A stretch of DNA of 64,000 nucleotides from the NCBI GenBank assembly GCA_049322915.1, contig JBMOPW010000014.1, positions 794,764 to 858,763 on the forward strand, read 5' to 3'. Shown in pieces: positions 47,022 through 58,018 of this stretch. The position numbers and the translations under genes are program-made. The DNA is from Candidatus Zhuqueibacterota bacterium (GTDB lineage Bacteria; Zhuqueibacterota; Zhuqueibacteria; Thermofontimicrobiales; Thermofontimicrobiaceae). How positions within the stretch are numbered: the stretch's first letter is position 1; every line of letters starts with the position of its first letter. The notes below the pieces were generated by a model. The model ran no database searches. It was not told the DNA's origin and was given only the letters and a program-made list of their open reading frames with translations.

Positions 47022-47483
47022 ATGTCAATTCATGTTTTTGTCATTCACGGGCCAAATTTAAATTTGTTGGGAGAGCGCGAACCGGCGACCTACGGCTCAA
47101 CCACTCTGGAAGAGTTGAACCACATGCTCGTTCAGCGAGGCAGAGAACTGGGCGTCAAAATGCGGATTTTTCAAAGCAATTCCGAAGGCAGCATCATCGA
47201 TGCGATTCATGAGGGTCGAAGCTGGGCCCATGGCATTCTCATTAATCCCGGTGCGCTCACTCATTATAGCTACAGCCTCCGAGACGCGCTAGCCGCTGTG
47301 ACCAAGCCAACCATCGAAGTTCATTTATCAGATATTCACAGTCGCGAGCCATTTCGAAAAATATCTGTGATCAAGGATATTTGTATTGACCAGATCTATG
47401 GGCACGGTATCCAAAGCTATATCATCGGATTGGAGCGCTTGATTACACATCTTGAGAGCAGGAGCAACCATGAACAATTATGA
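47022..47483 (+). CDS. aroQ: Type II 3-dehydroquinate dehydratase
   Basis: HGPNLNLLGEREP..YG, FQSNSEG, INPGALTHYS and IEVHLSDIHSREPFR; start refined to 47022 (AGGAG RBS). Confidence 0.96.
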   Translation: MSIHVFVIHGPNLNLLGEREPATYGSTTLEELNHMLVQRGRELGVKMRIFQSNSEGSIIDAIHEGRSWAHGILINPGALTHYSYSLRDALAAVTKPTIEVHLSDIHSREPFRKISVIKDICIDQIYGHGIQSYIIGLERLITHLESRSNHEQL

Positions 47484-48315
47484 AATCGTCTTTCAGGGCG
47501 AACATTATGCATTCAGCGAACTGGCCGCCAAAAAGTTTTTGGGGGAATCCACTGTGTGCCACCCCAAAGAAAGCTTTGACCAGGTTTTTCAGACTGTGCG
47601 CAAAGAGAAAAGCATGTTGGGGATTATTCCCATCGAGAACACGCTGTCCGGCAGCATTCATCAAAACTACGACCTGCTGCTGGAAAACGAGGTCAAGATC
47701 GTCGGGGAGGTGCGCTTCAGGATCGAGCTGCATCTCATTGCGATGCCAGGCGTGAAATTTTCGGACATCAAGCGAGTCTATTCTCATCCGGCAGCGCTGG
47801 GCCAGTGTCGCGACTTTTGGGCGCGTCACCGCGATGTGAAAATCATTCCGTCCTATGACACGGCCGGCAGCGTCAAGCTCATTGCAGAGGAAGAAGCCAG
47901 AGATGCGGCAGCCGTTGCCAGCCGTCATGCGGCTGAAGATTACAAGATGAACATCATCTTCAGCGAAATAGAGGATTTCAAGGATAATTACACGCGATTC
48001 CTGATCATCGCCAATCATGACGTCAATTTTGGGCCGGCGAACAAAACATCCATCGTCTTCACAGCCGGACATAAGCCAGGCGCGCTGTTCAAAAGCCTCA
48101 GCGTGTTTTTCCTGCGCGACATCAATTTACTGAAAATCGAATCGCGGCCCCTGCGCTGGAAGCCGTGGCAATACCTGTTCTATCTCGACCTCGAGGGAAA
48201 CATGAACGATCAGCAGACCAAAAATGCCATGCGTCATCTCGAGGAGATTACGGAATTCATCAAAGTGCTCGGATCCTATCCGGCAGCCAAAGATGAAGAA
48301 AAAAGCGAGGCGTGA
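47470..48315 (+). CDS. pheA: Prephenate dehydratase with ACT domain
   Basis: FQGE..AFSE, PIENTLSGSI, SHP.ALGQC, NYTRF, PGALF and KIESRP motifs. Confidence 0.93.
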   Translation: MNNYEIVFQGEHYAFSELAAKKFLGESTVCHPKESFDQVFQTVRKEKSMLGIIPIENTLSGSIHQNYDLLLENEVKIVGEVRFRIELHLIAMPGVKFSDIKRVYSHPAALGQCRDFWARHRDVKIIPSYDTAGSVKLIAEEEARDAAAVASRHAAEDYKMNIIFSEIEDFKDNYTRFLIIANHDVNFGPANKTSIVFTAGHKPGALFKSLSVFFLRDINLLKIESRPLRWKPWQYLFYLDLEGNMNDQQTKNAMRHLEEITEFIKVLGSYPAAKDEEKSEA

Positions 48316-48372
48316 AGCGCGACGAGGGGCGAGTGTATTTTACCGCGAACGTCACCCGTTACACAGAGACCC

Positions 48373-49458
48373 ATGATCGAAAAGAAACGAATCACACAAA
48401 TCAGTCTTGGCGATGGCTATGCCGGCAGCGCCAAATTTGCCATCCTCTCTTCGGCAGCATTTGCCAGAATGGGGCACGATGTTCAGGTCGTCGTGTCGGA
48501 ATCCTCTTTGACGGAAAAGCGGGCGCGGGATATGGGACTGCTCACCGCAACGCTGTCAGTGGAGAATGAGGCGCTTCAACTGGCTACTTTGAAAAAAAAT
48601 CTGGACCAGTTCCGGCCGGAATTTGTCATTGCCCATCATTCGCGTGAACGGAAATTCCTCATGCAGCTGCGCCGGCAGGAGGGACGTAAATTTTTCGCCA
48701 TCGCGTTCCGGAATATCGTCTCGCGCAGCTTTCCCATTTTCAGCTCGATTCCTTATAACTTATGGCTGGACCTGAACGTGGCCTGCGGCAAAGGCGTGGC
48801 GCGCAGTCTCATCGTTCGGGGGATATTGCCATCAAAGGTACGCGTTGTCTACAACGGCATCGAACCGTATTCCGGTAACATCAAGCCAATCCAAAAATCA
48901 GAGCTGGGCTGCGATGCGGACTGCCACATCATTGGCATGAGCGCGTGGTTCCATCCAAAGCGTAAGGGATTTGACATTCTGTTCAAAGCGTTGTCCCAGG
49001 GATTGCCGCTGCCGTACAAAATTATGTTTTTAGGCATTGTGGATGAACATCGGGCGCAGGTACAGCAAATGGCGCAGCGCTATGGAATTGAACCGAACGC
49101 ATTCATTTTTCCCGGCTATGTGGAAAATACATGGCGTTATTACCAGGCAATGGATGTGTTCGTGCTGCCATCCCGGGAAGAGGGCTTTTCCCTGTCCCTT
49201 CTGGAAGCCATGACCTGCCGCCTGCCCTGCATTGCGTCAAATATACCAGGCAATAACGAAGCCATCCAGCACGATGTGACAGGAAAACTGTTTCCCATTC
49301 ATCGGCCGAACCTGCTGCGCGACGCTCTCATTGAACTGCTGACCGATTCGAGCAAGGCTGCCCGAATTGGCGAGGCAGCCTGTCAGAGGGTGCTGAATAA
49401 TTTTACCATTGAAAAAGTGACGGAGTCGTTCGATCGGGTGTTGGGAGAGTTGAAATAG
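48373..49458 (+). CDS. Glycosyltransferase family 4
   Basis: VVYNGI, RKG and DVFVLPSREEGFSLSLLEAM motifs. Confidence 0.9.
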   Translation: MIEKKRITQISLGDGYAGSAKFAILSSAAFARMGHDVQVVVSESSLTEKRARDMGLLTATLSVENEALQLATLKKNLDQFRPEFVIAHHSRERKFLMQLRRQEGRKFFAIAFRNIVSRSFPIFSSIPYNLWLDLNVACGKGVARSLIVRGILPSKVRVVYNGIEPYSGNIKPIQKSELGCDADCHIIGMSAWFHPKRKGFDILFKALSQGLPLPYKIMFLGIVDEHRAQVQQMAQRYGIEPNAFIFPGYVENTWRYYQAMDVFVLPSREEGFSLSLLEAMTCRLPCIASNIPGNNEAIQHDVTGKLFPIHRPNLLRDALIELLTDSSKAARIGEAACQRVLNNFTIEKVTESFDRVLGELK

Positions 49459-49738
49459 CTCTTGGATTGGACCGAGACTGGCTGCCCAGTGTCGTTTTTG
49501 AAAAGCCGAAGCGACGTCATTTGTGTTCACATAAAATTCTCGAAATCCTCGCCAGGCAACACAGCCTCGTTGAGCGGAGCTAACGACGAAAATAGTCATG
49601 ACGATCGGCTGGCTTATGATGCTTTGCTCAGCGTTGTAGGCTCAAGAAAATAGGACTTGCCGAAGATTCATCGAATGAAAGCGCGAATGCGCGACAGAAT
49701 TTTCTCTCGTAAACCTGCTTTTTCATTGTGAAAATTAA

Positions 49739-49838
49739 CCCTACTACGTCATTTAGCAAGTTCTGCACAATATATTGTATGTTATGTTGTCAGAAAATAC
49801 GCTATATTGTGCTAATAATTCTAAGTGACGTTGTAGGG
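49739..49838. mobile_element. MITE family B (100 bp), first of a tandem pair
   Basis: TTAA|CCCTACTACGTCA ... TGACGTTGTAGGG|TTAA. Confidence 0.88.
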
Positions 49839-49842
49839 TTAA

Positions 49843-49942
49843 CCCTACAATGTCATTTAACAAATTTATCACAATAGGTTGAATTTTTCATCTATCCAAA
49901 ATACAGTATATAACGATACTAAATCTATGTGACGTAGTAGGG
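49843..49942. mobile_element. MITE family B (100 bp), second of a tandem pair
   Basis: TTAA|CCCTACAATGTCA ... TGACGTAGTAGGG|TTAA. The right-hand TTAA contains the stop codon of the HutH-like gene. Confidence 0.88.
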
Positions 49943-51469
49943 TTAATAGGTCTTCAATTCCCCAATCGCGGCCTCCACAGTGTGAAGAATATCCCGATTT
50001 TTCACCGTCTCCATCATGGCGTTATGATCCCGATAAAGCGGCCTATCTTCTTCCAGATGCTCCACCACCTTGCGCACAGCGGCATGGGCGGCTCGTGTGC
50101 CTTTGCCTGGTTTGAAATTTCTGAAATCCAGCGCCTGAGCCGCAGCGATGAATTCAATTCCCAGAATGCCATAGGCGTTATCGATGATCTGCCTCGTCTT
50201 CAGCGCCGAATTCATGCCCATGCTGACGAAGTCTTCCTGATCTGCCGCTGCCGGAATGGACTGGATAGACGCCGGTGTGGACAGAATGCGCTGTTCCACA
50301 ATCATCATGTCCGCGGTGTACTGGCTGAGCATGTGACCGGAGAACATGCCGGCGCCTTTGGTCAAAAATGCCGGCAGTCCCACGCTGAGCGCAGGATTGA
50401 GCAATCGGTTCAGCCTTCGTTCAGAGATGACGCAGACCATGGTAATGCACGCGCCCAGCATATCCAGCGGCACGCTGATGGGTGAACCCTGGAAATTGGC
50501 GCCGGTGAGCACCACGCCATCCTCCGGCAGAAAAATCGGATTATCGCCCACGCCATTGAGTTCAATTTCGAACTGGCTGCGCGTCCAGCGGAGTTGGTCG
50601 CGGGCAGCGCCCAATACCTGTGGCGTGGACCGCATGCTGTACGCATCCTGCACTTTCACTTTCACGCCGCTCAGCAATTCTGAACCGGCGATTATTTTTT
50701 TTATATTCTCAGCCGAGGTCACCGCGCCCTGGAATCCCCGCAGTTGATGCAGCCGGGTGTCGTATGGTTTCATGTTGGCCATCAGCGCTTCGAGCGTCAT
50801 GGCAGCCGCTATTTCCGCCTGTTTCAGGAATCGCTCGGTCTCGTAAATCTGCAAACAGCCCATGCCTGAAATGAGGTTGCTGCCATTGATCGTGGCCAGA
50901 CCGTCTCTGGCGCTGAGTCCCGGCACAGGGATGCCGGCCTTTTCCAGCGCCTTTGCGCCGGGCATTCGCTGTCCCTGGTAAAACGCTTCGCCTTCGCCCA
51001 GCATCAGCAGAGCGATTTGGCTCATGGGCGAAAGGTCGCCGCATGCACCCACACTGCCTTTGCGACATACCACCGGGGTGACGCCCTTATTGAGCATCGC
51101 CAGCAGCGTCTGCGTAATTTCCGGGCGACAACCGGAATGGCCGTGCGCGTGCACGTTGGCCCGGGCGAGCATAGCGGCGCGAACTTCTTCGATGGGCACC
51201 GGTTCACCGATGCCGGCCGAGTGATTGTAAATCAGATATCTCTGAAACTGTTTCACCTGATCCTCGGTCAGAACAATTTCGGAAAATTCGCCAATGCCGG
51301 TATTCACCCCATACATAATTTCTTTTTCTTCGATCTTTCTCTCAATGAATCCGCGACATGTCCTGATGCGTTCCAGCGCCGCCGGATGGAGTTCCACTTT
51401 CTCCATTCCAACAGCCACGCGATACACATGCTCAATCGTTAAATCTTTTCCGGTTACCGATATGGCCAT
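49943..51469 (-). CDS. hutH: MIO-dependent aromatic amino acid (histidine-type) ammonia-lyase
   Basis: YGVNTGIG, GSVGACGDL, VQDAYSMR, DNP, GANFQG and QEDFVSMG; start refined to MAISVTG at 51469 (GGAGGAG RBS). Confidence 0.85.
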   Translation of the reverse strand: MAISVTGKDLTIEHVYRVAVGMEKVELHPAALERIRTCRGFIERKIEEKEIMYGVNTGIGEFSEIVLTEDQVKQFQRYLIYNHSAGIGEPVPIEEVRAAMLARANVHAHGHSGCRPEITQTLLAMLNKGVTPVVCRKGSVGACGDLSPMSQIALLMLGEGEAFYQGQRMPGAKALEKAGIPVPGLSARDGLATINGSNLISGMGCLQIYETERFLKQAEIAAAMTLEALMANMKPYDTRLHQLRGFQGAVTSAENIKKIIAGSELLSGVKVKVQDAYSMRSTPQVLGAARDQLRWTRSQFEIELNGVGDNPIFLPEDGVVLTGANFQGSPISVPLDMLGACITMVCVISERRLNRLLNPALSVGLPAFLTKGAGMFSGHMLSQYTADMMIVEQRILSTPASIQSIPAAADQEDFVSMGMNSALKTRQIIDNAYGILGIEFIAAAQALDFRNFKPGKGTRAAHAAVRKVVEHLEEDRPLYRDHNAMMETVKNRDILHTVEAAIGELKTY

Positions 51470-51677
51470 TTCTCCTCCAGAGCTTATTTTTAATGTCAAA
51501 TGACGCAAGAAAGGCTAATTTTATTTTGCGGCAATGTAGTCATTCCGAATGAAATAATCAATGGATTTTTTGAGGAAGGAATAAAAAACCAGGCCGTTGC
51601 CAACCGCCCGGAGTTCGTGGCGCTGAGGACGAAGCGGATAGTCCGCTGCTTTGGGCCGTGTGAAATGAGGGGTCGTC

Positions 51678-51720
51678 AAAAAAAAACCGCATCGGGAGTT
51701 GGCGCTCTCGCATGCGGTGA
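51678..51720 (-). terminator. Terminator after the lipoprotein gene
   Basis: Minus strand ACCGCAT-GCGAGAGCGCCAACTCCCG-ATGCGGT followed by a T-run. Confidence 0.65.
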
Positions 51721-51778
51721 CATTCAGGATCGTATCGTGTCCGATTCAGTTCGCTCTTCAGTTTGAAGTTACGTGAAA

Positions 51779-52318
51779 TCAATCCGGGAGATCCGAGCTG
51801 CGGATTTCCACCAATACCGATACACGCTGATCCGCCAGGTCTTTCCGGGCGACGACGCGGCCGCCGGAGATTTCAGCGGAAATGTGGCCAAAGTCCTGTT
51901 GAGACGGATTTGCATGCCATTTTTTTATGTAAGCTGCCCAGCGGTAGGCGTCCGCTGTGGCGGCCTGTTCTGCATATTTTGCCGCAATGGTTTCGGTGCT
52001 GGCCTGCTGAAGCGGTTTACCAAAACCAGCCGCGAGGATGGTCTCCCACGTGGTATCGAAACAGACGGCGACTAACTGCTGTCGCGCCTGAACATCGGTC
52101 GGGGATTGCATGACCGTTTCAATCATCGGCGCGATGACGGTCAACATGGAGTCGTAATTGATGGATTTGGGTTTGATGGTCTGCACGAACTGACTGTCAA
52201 TTGCGCCTTCAGTCTGAGAAATTTCAGCGGTCTGCTGTTCTTGCTTCTTGCCACATGTAACAAGCAGGCATGCCGCCAGAAGTGCGATGCCGGTCAGGAT
52301 AACGTAGTTACGTTTCAT
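51779..52318 (-). CDS. Hypothetical lipoprotein
   Basis: Start refined to MKRNYVIL at 52318 (GGAG RBS); signal peptide with lipobox-like LVTC-GKK. Confidence 0.75.
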   Translation of the reverse strand: MKRNYVILTGIALLAACLLVTCGKKQEQQTAEISQTEGAIDSQFVQTIKPKSINYDSMLTVIAPMIETVMQSPTDVQARQQLVAVCFDTTWETILAAGFGKPLQQASTETIAAKYAEQAATADAYRWAAYIKKWHANPSQQDFGHISAEISGGRVVARKDLADQRVSVLVEIRSSDLPD

Positions 52319-52503
52319 GGGATAACTCCATTTTTTTTCTCGAAGTGCATTGGGTAATGAACGAGGGATGCGCCACATGGCTCAGTCCCGCAGGTGAAGC
52401 CAATCCTGCTCCGGAAGAGATTCATCTGACATGAACTCGCATGGCACACCGGAAATTAATTACTGCTTAAACGTGCCGGCGCGGCAATTCGTTCAATCGG
52501 GCT

Positions 52504-52543
52504 AAAAAGAAAACCTCCCAGCGGCGTGCGCCATTGGGAGGTT
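52504..52543 (-). terminator. Terminator after ahcY
   Basis: Minus strand AACCTCCCA...TGGGAGGTTTTCTTTTT. Confidence 0.7.
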
Positions 52544-52560
52544 AAACTGGTAGAGCGCGC

Positions 52561-53889
<1,329 letters not shown>

Positions 53890-54019
53890 TTAATTATCGC
53901 CAGGCGCATGTGCGCCAGTGACGGAGACGTGACGTGGAGTCCCCCTGCACAGGGTGAACTCCGCGTCATGTTCGGTGCTTTGAAAAAAGTCAATGCCATG
54001 AATTTCTGAATCAATTGAA

Positions 54020-55153
54020 TCAGCCCAACAGCTTGTCGACCATGTTGGTCTGTTCCCACGAGAAGGTCGACTCGGTTCTTCCAAAATGGCCATAGGCGGC
54101 AGTTTTGCGATAGATGGGCCGGCGCAACTGCAGCGATTCGATGATACCTCGCGGTGTCAAATCGAAATGCTTTTTAATCAATGCCTGAATGTCCTTGTCC
54201 GGGCGCTTGCCGGTGTCATGGGTATCCACCATCACCGAAACAGGCTCTGCCACGCCGATGGCATAGGCCAATTGAATCGTGCATTTCTCGGCCAGCTTTG
54301 CAGCGACGATATTCTTGGCGACCCACCGGGCTGCGTAACAGGCAGAGCGATCGACTTTAGTTGGGTCTTTGCCTGAAAATGCGCCGCCGCCATGAGGCGC
54401 GTAACCACCGTACGTGTCCACGATAATTTTTCTGCCGGTGAGGCCGGCGTCGCCTTGGGGTCCGCCAATGACGAATCGACCGGTCGGATTGACATGATAG
54501 GTGATTTCATGATTCTCCGCCAGTTCCTGGGGCAGTACCGGTTTTACCACATGCTGAATGATATCATTGCGCAAATCGACCAGTTTGACGTCCGGGCTGT
54601 GCTGCGCTGCAATGACGACGGTATCGACCCATTTGGGTTTGCCGTTCTCGTAAAAAATGGTGACCTGGGATTTTCCGTCCGGGCGAAGATAGGGAAGTAT
54701 ATTCTTCTTGCGGACTTCGGCCAATCGTTTGGTCAGTTTGTGCGCCAATAAAATCGGAAGCGGCATCAATTCTTCGGTGTCATTATTGGCATAGCCAAAC
54801 ATCATTCCCTGGTCGCCGGCGCCTTCGCGATCCACGCCCATGGCGATGTCCGGGGATTGCTGGTCAATGGATGTCAGAATGCCGCATGTCTCGGAATCGA
54901 ATCCATAGGTCGCATCGATGTAGCCGATGTCTTTGACGACGCTGCGGACGATTTTCGGGATATCAACATAACAATCGGTTGTAATTTCGCCACCCACCAT
55001 CGCCAAACCCGTGGTCACAAATGTCTCACAGGCGACTCGGCCTTTGGGATCCTGTTCAAAGATCGCATCCAAAACAGCATCGGAAATTTGATCGGCCACT
55101 TTATCCGGATGGCCTTCGGTCACAGATTCCGAAGTGAATAGATAAGACTTCAT
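54020..55153 (-). CDS. metK: S-adenosylmethionine synthetase
   Basis: [28 protein letters not shown] and [14 protein letters not shown] motifs. Confidence 0.98.
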   Translation of the reverse strand: MKSYLFTSESVTEGHPDKVADQISDAVLDAIFEQDPKGRVACETFVTTGLAMVGGEITTDCYVDIPKIVRSVVKDIGYIDATYGFDSETCGILTSIDQQSPDIAMGVDREGAGDQGMMFGYANNDTEELMPLPILLAHKLTKRLAEVRKKNILPYLRPDGKSQVTIFYENGKPKWVDTVVIAAQHSPDVKLVDLRNDIIQHVVKPVLPQELAENHEITYHVNPTGRFVIGGPQGDAGLTGRKIIVDTYGGYAPHGGGAFSGKDPTKVDRSACYAARWVAKNIVAAKLAEKCTIQLAYAIGVAEPVSVMVDTHDTGKRPDKDIQALIKKHFDLTPRGIIESLQLRRPIYRKTAAYGHFGRTESTFSWEQTNMVDKLLG

Positions 55154-55387
55154 AGCTCGTTCTCCTTAAGTTAATTGTTTATTTCCCATAAATTTCTTCA
55201 CTGTGAGACATTCAAATTTTCAGTTTCATCTTTCAAAAACCATGTGAAAATGAATCTGAAAAAAATACCCCACCCTGTGCAGGACATTTCATTTATTTTG
55301 CTCAATCGTTCGATGTACATTTTTAATTGTAACAATGTGGCGCGCGAAAAAAAGTGAGGGAAGCGCTGAAAAAATCTTGTGATAAAG

Positions 55388-55776
55388 TGAGTGATTGCCC
55401 TCCCGCGGCCGACCCTCCCTCGTTACCGCTGATGCAGTAACCTGTTCAAAAGCGATAGCCCAATGTGATGGGCGGTTTTACAGACGCCATGATTCGCATG
55501 CCTCACGGCTGATTATCTAACCTGAATTATTCATGAACTTGCTCAGAATTTGAGTCAACATTCAGATTTTCAACTAGCTAAAAACTATGCTATTTTGAAA
55601 CTCAGTTTTTGTACGTTTATTTGAAAAGAGCACCATTCAGGTTAGCCAGCCTCCTTTATAAATACTATGAATAATGCAGGCTAAAGAATTTGGCTCCCTG
55701 CGATAGTATCAAAAAATTGGAACGCTCGAAAAAGCACGCGCCTTTTGTCCCTCCCGACGCCGGGATGATTCACTCA
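55388..55776 (-). ncRNA. Candidate structured RNA (~225 nt without the MITE insert); 6S-like or a novel motif
   Basis: Nested complementary segments found by eye: TGAGTGA/TCACTCA, TCCC.GCGTCG/CGG.CGCGGGA, CAAAAG.CG/CGCTTTTG, CAGG..GCC/GGC.TCTG. G-U pairs favour the minus strand. Confidence 0.4.
55521..55680 (-). mobile_element. MITE family A, copy 2 (160 bp)
   Basis: CTAA|CCTGAATTATTCAT ... ATGAATAATGCAGG|CTAA, the reverse complement of copy 1. Confidence 0.92.
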
Positions 55777-55970
55777 TTGCAAGCCGGAAGGAGCCGGACC
55801 TTGCTTTTCCTCTGTGCAATAAATAGAAGAATCTATTATTGAGTCCACTCTAAAAAGGGACTGACGCCCAAAAACCAACGGTAATATTCTGTTCCCGGAC
55901 TTAAAAATCGTAAGTGCCACAAAGGCGCCAGGTCACGATGTCAAAAGAAACAGAATTTCAATCAAGAAAT

Positions 55971-57743
55971 TCAGGAGATATTCATTTTATACCGCGTCGA
56001 CATCACATTGCGGATATAATTTTCGACCTGCTCGGATGTTTTCATCGACAGCGCTTTTTCAGCGATGCGCTGGGCGTCGGCGAATGTCACGGAACGGATG
56101 ATGTTTTTAATCTCAGGCAGCATGGCAGAAGTGACGCTCAACTCGTCCAACTCCAGCCCAATCAGGATCAACGTGGCCAGCGGATCCGCCGCCATTTCGC
56201 CGCACATGCCCACCCAGACTCCCTTGCTGTGCCCCTTGTCGACAATAGTTTTGATCATTCGCAGCACCGAAGGCGGCAGGCGCTTGTAGAGATGAGCGAT
56301 TCGCATATTGCCCCGGTCAACCGCCAGCATGTATTGAATCAAATCATTGGTCCCGATGCTCAAAAAATTGACCTCTTCGGCGATGACATCGGCCATGACT
56401 GCGGCGGATGGCACTTCGATCATGGCGCCGATCTCGATATTCTTATCGAACGGAATCTTTGCCTGCCGAAGTTCCAGTTTGACCTCTTCAATGATCTGTC
56501 TGGCTTTCAGTATCTCCTCCACTTCGGCGATCATTGGCAACAAAATTTTCACGTTGCCCATCACACTGGCTCTCAAAATCGCGCGGAGTTGGGTTTTGAA
56601 TATGCCGACTTCTTCCAGACAGAACCGAATGGCGCGCCAGCCCAGAAAGGGATTCTCTTCCACCGGGAATTGAAAACTGCGCGGATTCTTATCGCCGCCA
56701 ATATCGAGCGTCCGGATGATGACCGGGTGCGGATTCACTGTGGAGGCGACTTTGTAATATTCGAGAAATTCCTCCTCCTCAGTCGGCAATTCCTGTTTCG
56801 CGAGGTACAGATATTCCGTGCGATAGAGCCCAATGCCGCGCGCGCCGTAATTGATGATAGAATTGATTTCGTCAGCAAATTCCAGGTTGGCCGATAATTC
56901 GACATCCTTTCCGTCCAGCGTCCGGCCCGGGAGATTCCGTATCTTGGAAAGCTCTTTGGTCAATTCATGATATTGACTGCGTAGCTTGAGATATTTATTC
57001 ATCAGGACAGACGTGGGACGAATAATGACGATGCCGTTCAGACCGTCGACGATGATCGTCTCGCCGTTTTGCGCCTGGCAGGAGATGTCTTTCAATCCAA
57101 CGACTGAGGGTATTTCCAAAGAACGCGCCATGATGGCTGCATGCGACGTCTTGCCGCCTTTGTCCGTCGCAAACGCCAGTACTTTTCGTCGGTCCAACAG
57201 CACGGTATCGGACGGCGTTAAATCGTGCGCGACGACGACGGCCGGTTCCTTCAGATGATAGGTGATGTGATTGTTCTTCCCCTGAATGTTCCGAATGAGT
57301 CGGCGTTTCACGTCATTGATGTCAGCCAGCCGGCCTTTGAAATAGTCATTGTCCACAGTTTCCAGAGACTGCTGATATTTTCGCAGCACGTCGCTGTAAA
57401 TGAAATCCGCGTTTTTTCGCTCTTCCTGAATTCGCTGAATGGTCTGATCGGAAATGACTTTGTCGTCCAGGATGAGCTGGTGCACATCGAAAATGTCCTC
57501 GCCCTGCTGGCCAATTTTTTGCTTTGCCTTGACCTGTATTTCGCTCAATTCCTGCCGCGTCATTTCAATGGCGCGATGGAATTTTTGGATTTCTTCATCG
57601 ACATTTTCCCGGGGAATATTCACTTCGTTCACTTTGGTGCTGTCGCTGGACACGATAAAAACTGTGCCGATCACAATTCCGGGGGCAGCCGGGATGCCTT
57701 CCAGCTTAAGCATTGTGTGGGTTTCGCGTTTTTGGTCTTCCAT
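55971..57743 (-). CDS. ptsI: PTS enzyme I (PEP-protein phosphotransferase)
   Basis: GKTSHAAIMARS phospho-His motif, GIGLYRTE, EENPFLGWRAIR, SIGTNDLIQY and GMCGEMA. Confidence 0.96.
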   Translation of the reverse strand: MEDQKRETHTMLKLEGIPAAPGIVIGTVFIVSSDSTKVNEVNIPRENVDEEIQKFHRAIEMTRQELSEIQVKAKQKIGQQGEDIFDVHQLILDDKVISDQTIQRIQEERKNADFIYSDVLRKYQQSLETVDNDYFKGRLADINDVKRRLIRNIQGKNNHITYHLKEPAVVVAHDLTPSDTVLLDRRKVLAFATDKGGKTSHAAIMARSLEIPSVVGLKDISCQAQNGETIIVDGLNGIVIIRPTSVLMNKYLKLRSQYHELTKELSKIRNLPGRTLDGKDVELSANLEFADEINSIINYGARGIGLYRTEYLYLAKQELPTEEEEFLEYYKVASTVNPHPVIIRTLDIGGDKNPRSFQFPVEENPFLGWRAIRFCLEEVGIFKTQLRAILRASVMGNVKILLPMIAEVEEILKARQIIEEVKLELRQAKIPFDKNIEIGAMIEVPSAAVMADVIAEEVNFLSIGTNDLIQYMLAVDRGNMRIAHLYKRLPPSVLRMIKTIVDKGHSKGVWVGMCGEMAADPLATLILIGLELDELSVTSAMLPEIKNIIRSVTFADAQRIAEKALSMKTSEQVENYIRNVMSTRYKMNIS

Positions 57744-57750
57744 CTACGAT

Positions 57751-58017
57751 CTATTCTTCATCAAATTTCCTATTGATTAATGAGACCAGTTCGTCAATGA
57801 CCATCTGTTCATCCACCCCATCCGCTTTTATTATAAGTTCACTTCCCATCTCTGCGGCGAGCATCATAACCCCCATTATGCTTTTGCCATTTATTTCACG
57901 GTTGTTTTTTGACAGGTAAACATCCGATTTGTATTTCGAAGCCACTTTCACAAATTGTGCAGCAGGCCTGGCATGCAATCCCATTTTATTTTGTATTTTA
58001 ACTTTTCTGACTATCAC
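57751..58017 (-). CDS. ptsH: Phosphocarrier protein HPr
   Basis: GLHARPAA (His15) and INGKSIMGVM (Ser46). Confidence 0.96.
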   Translation of the reverse strand: MIVRKVKIQNKMGLHARPAAQFVKVASKYKSDVYLSKNNREINGKSIMGVMMLAAEMGSELIIKADGVDEQMVIDELVSLINRKFDEE

Positions 58018-58018
58018 G

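Noticed and set aside
55154..55387. Canonical SAM-I riboswitch directly upstream of metK
   Set aside because: No ATC.AGAG..GAGGGA..GGCCC..GCAACC..GTGC.AA.TCC pattern was found.
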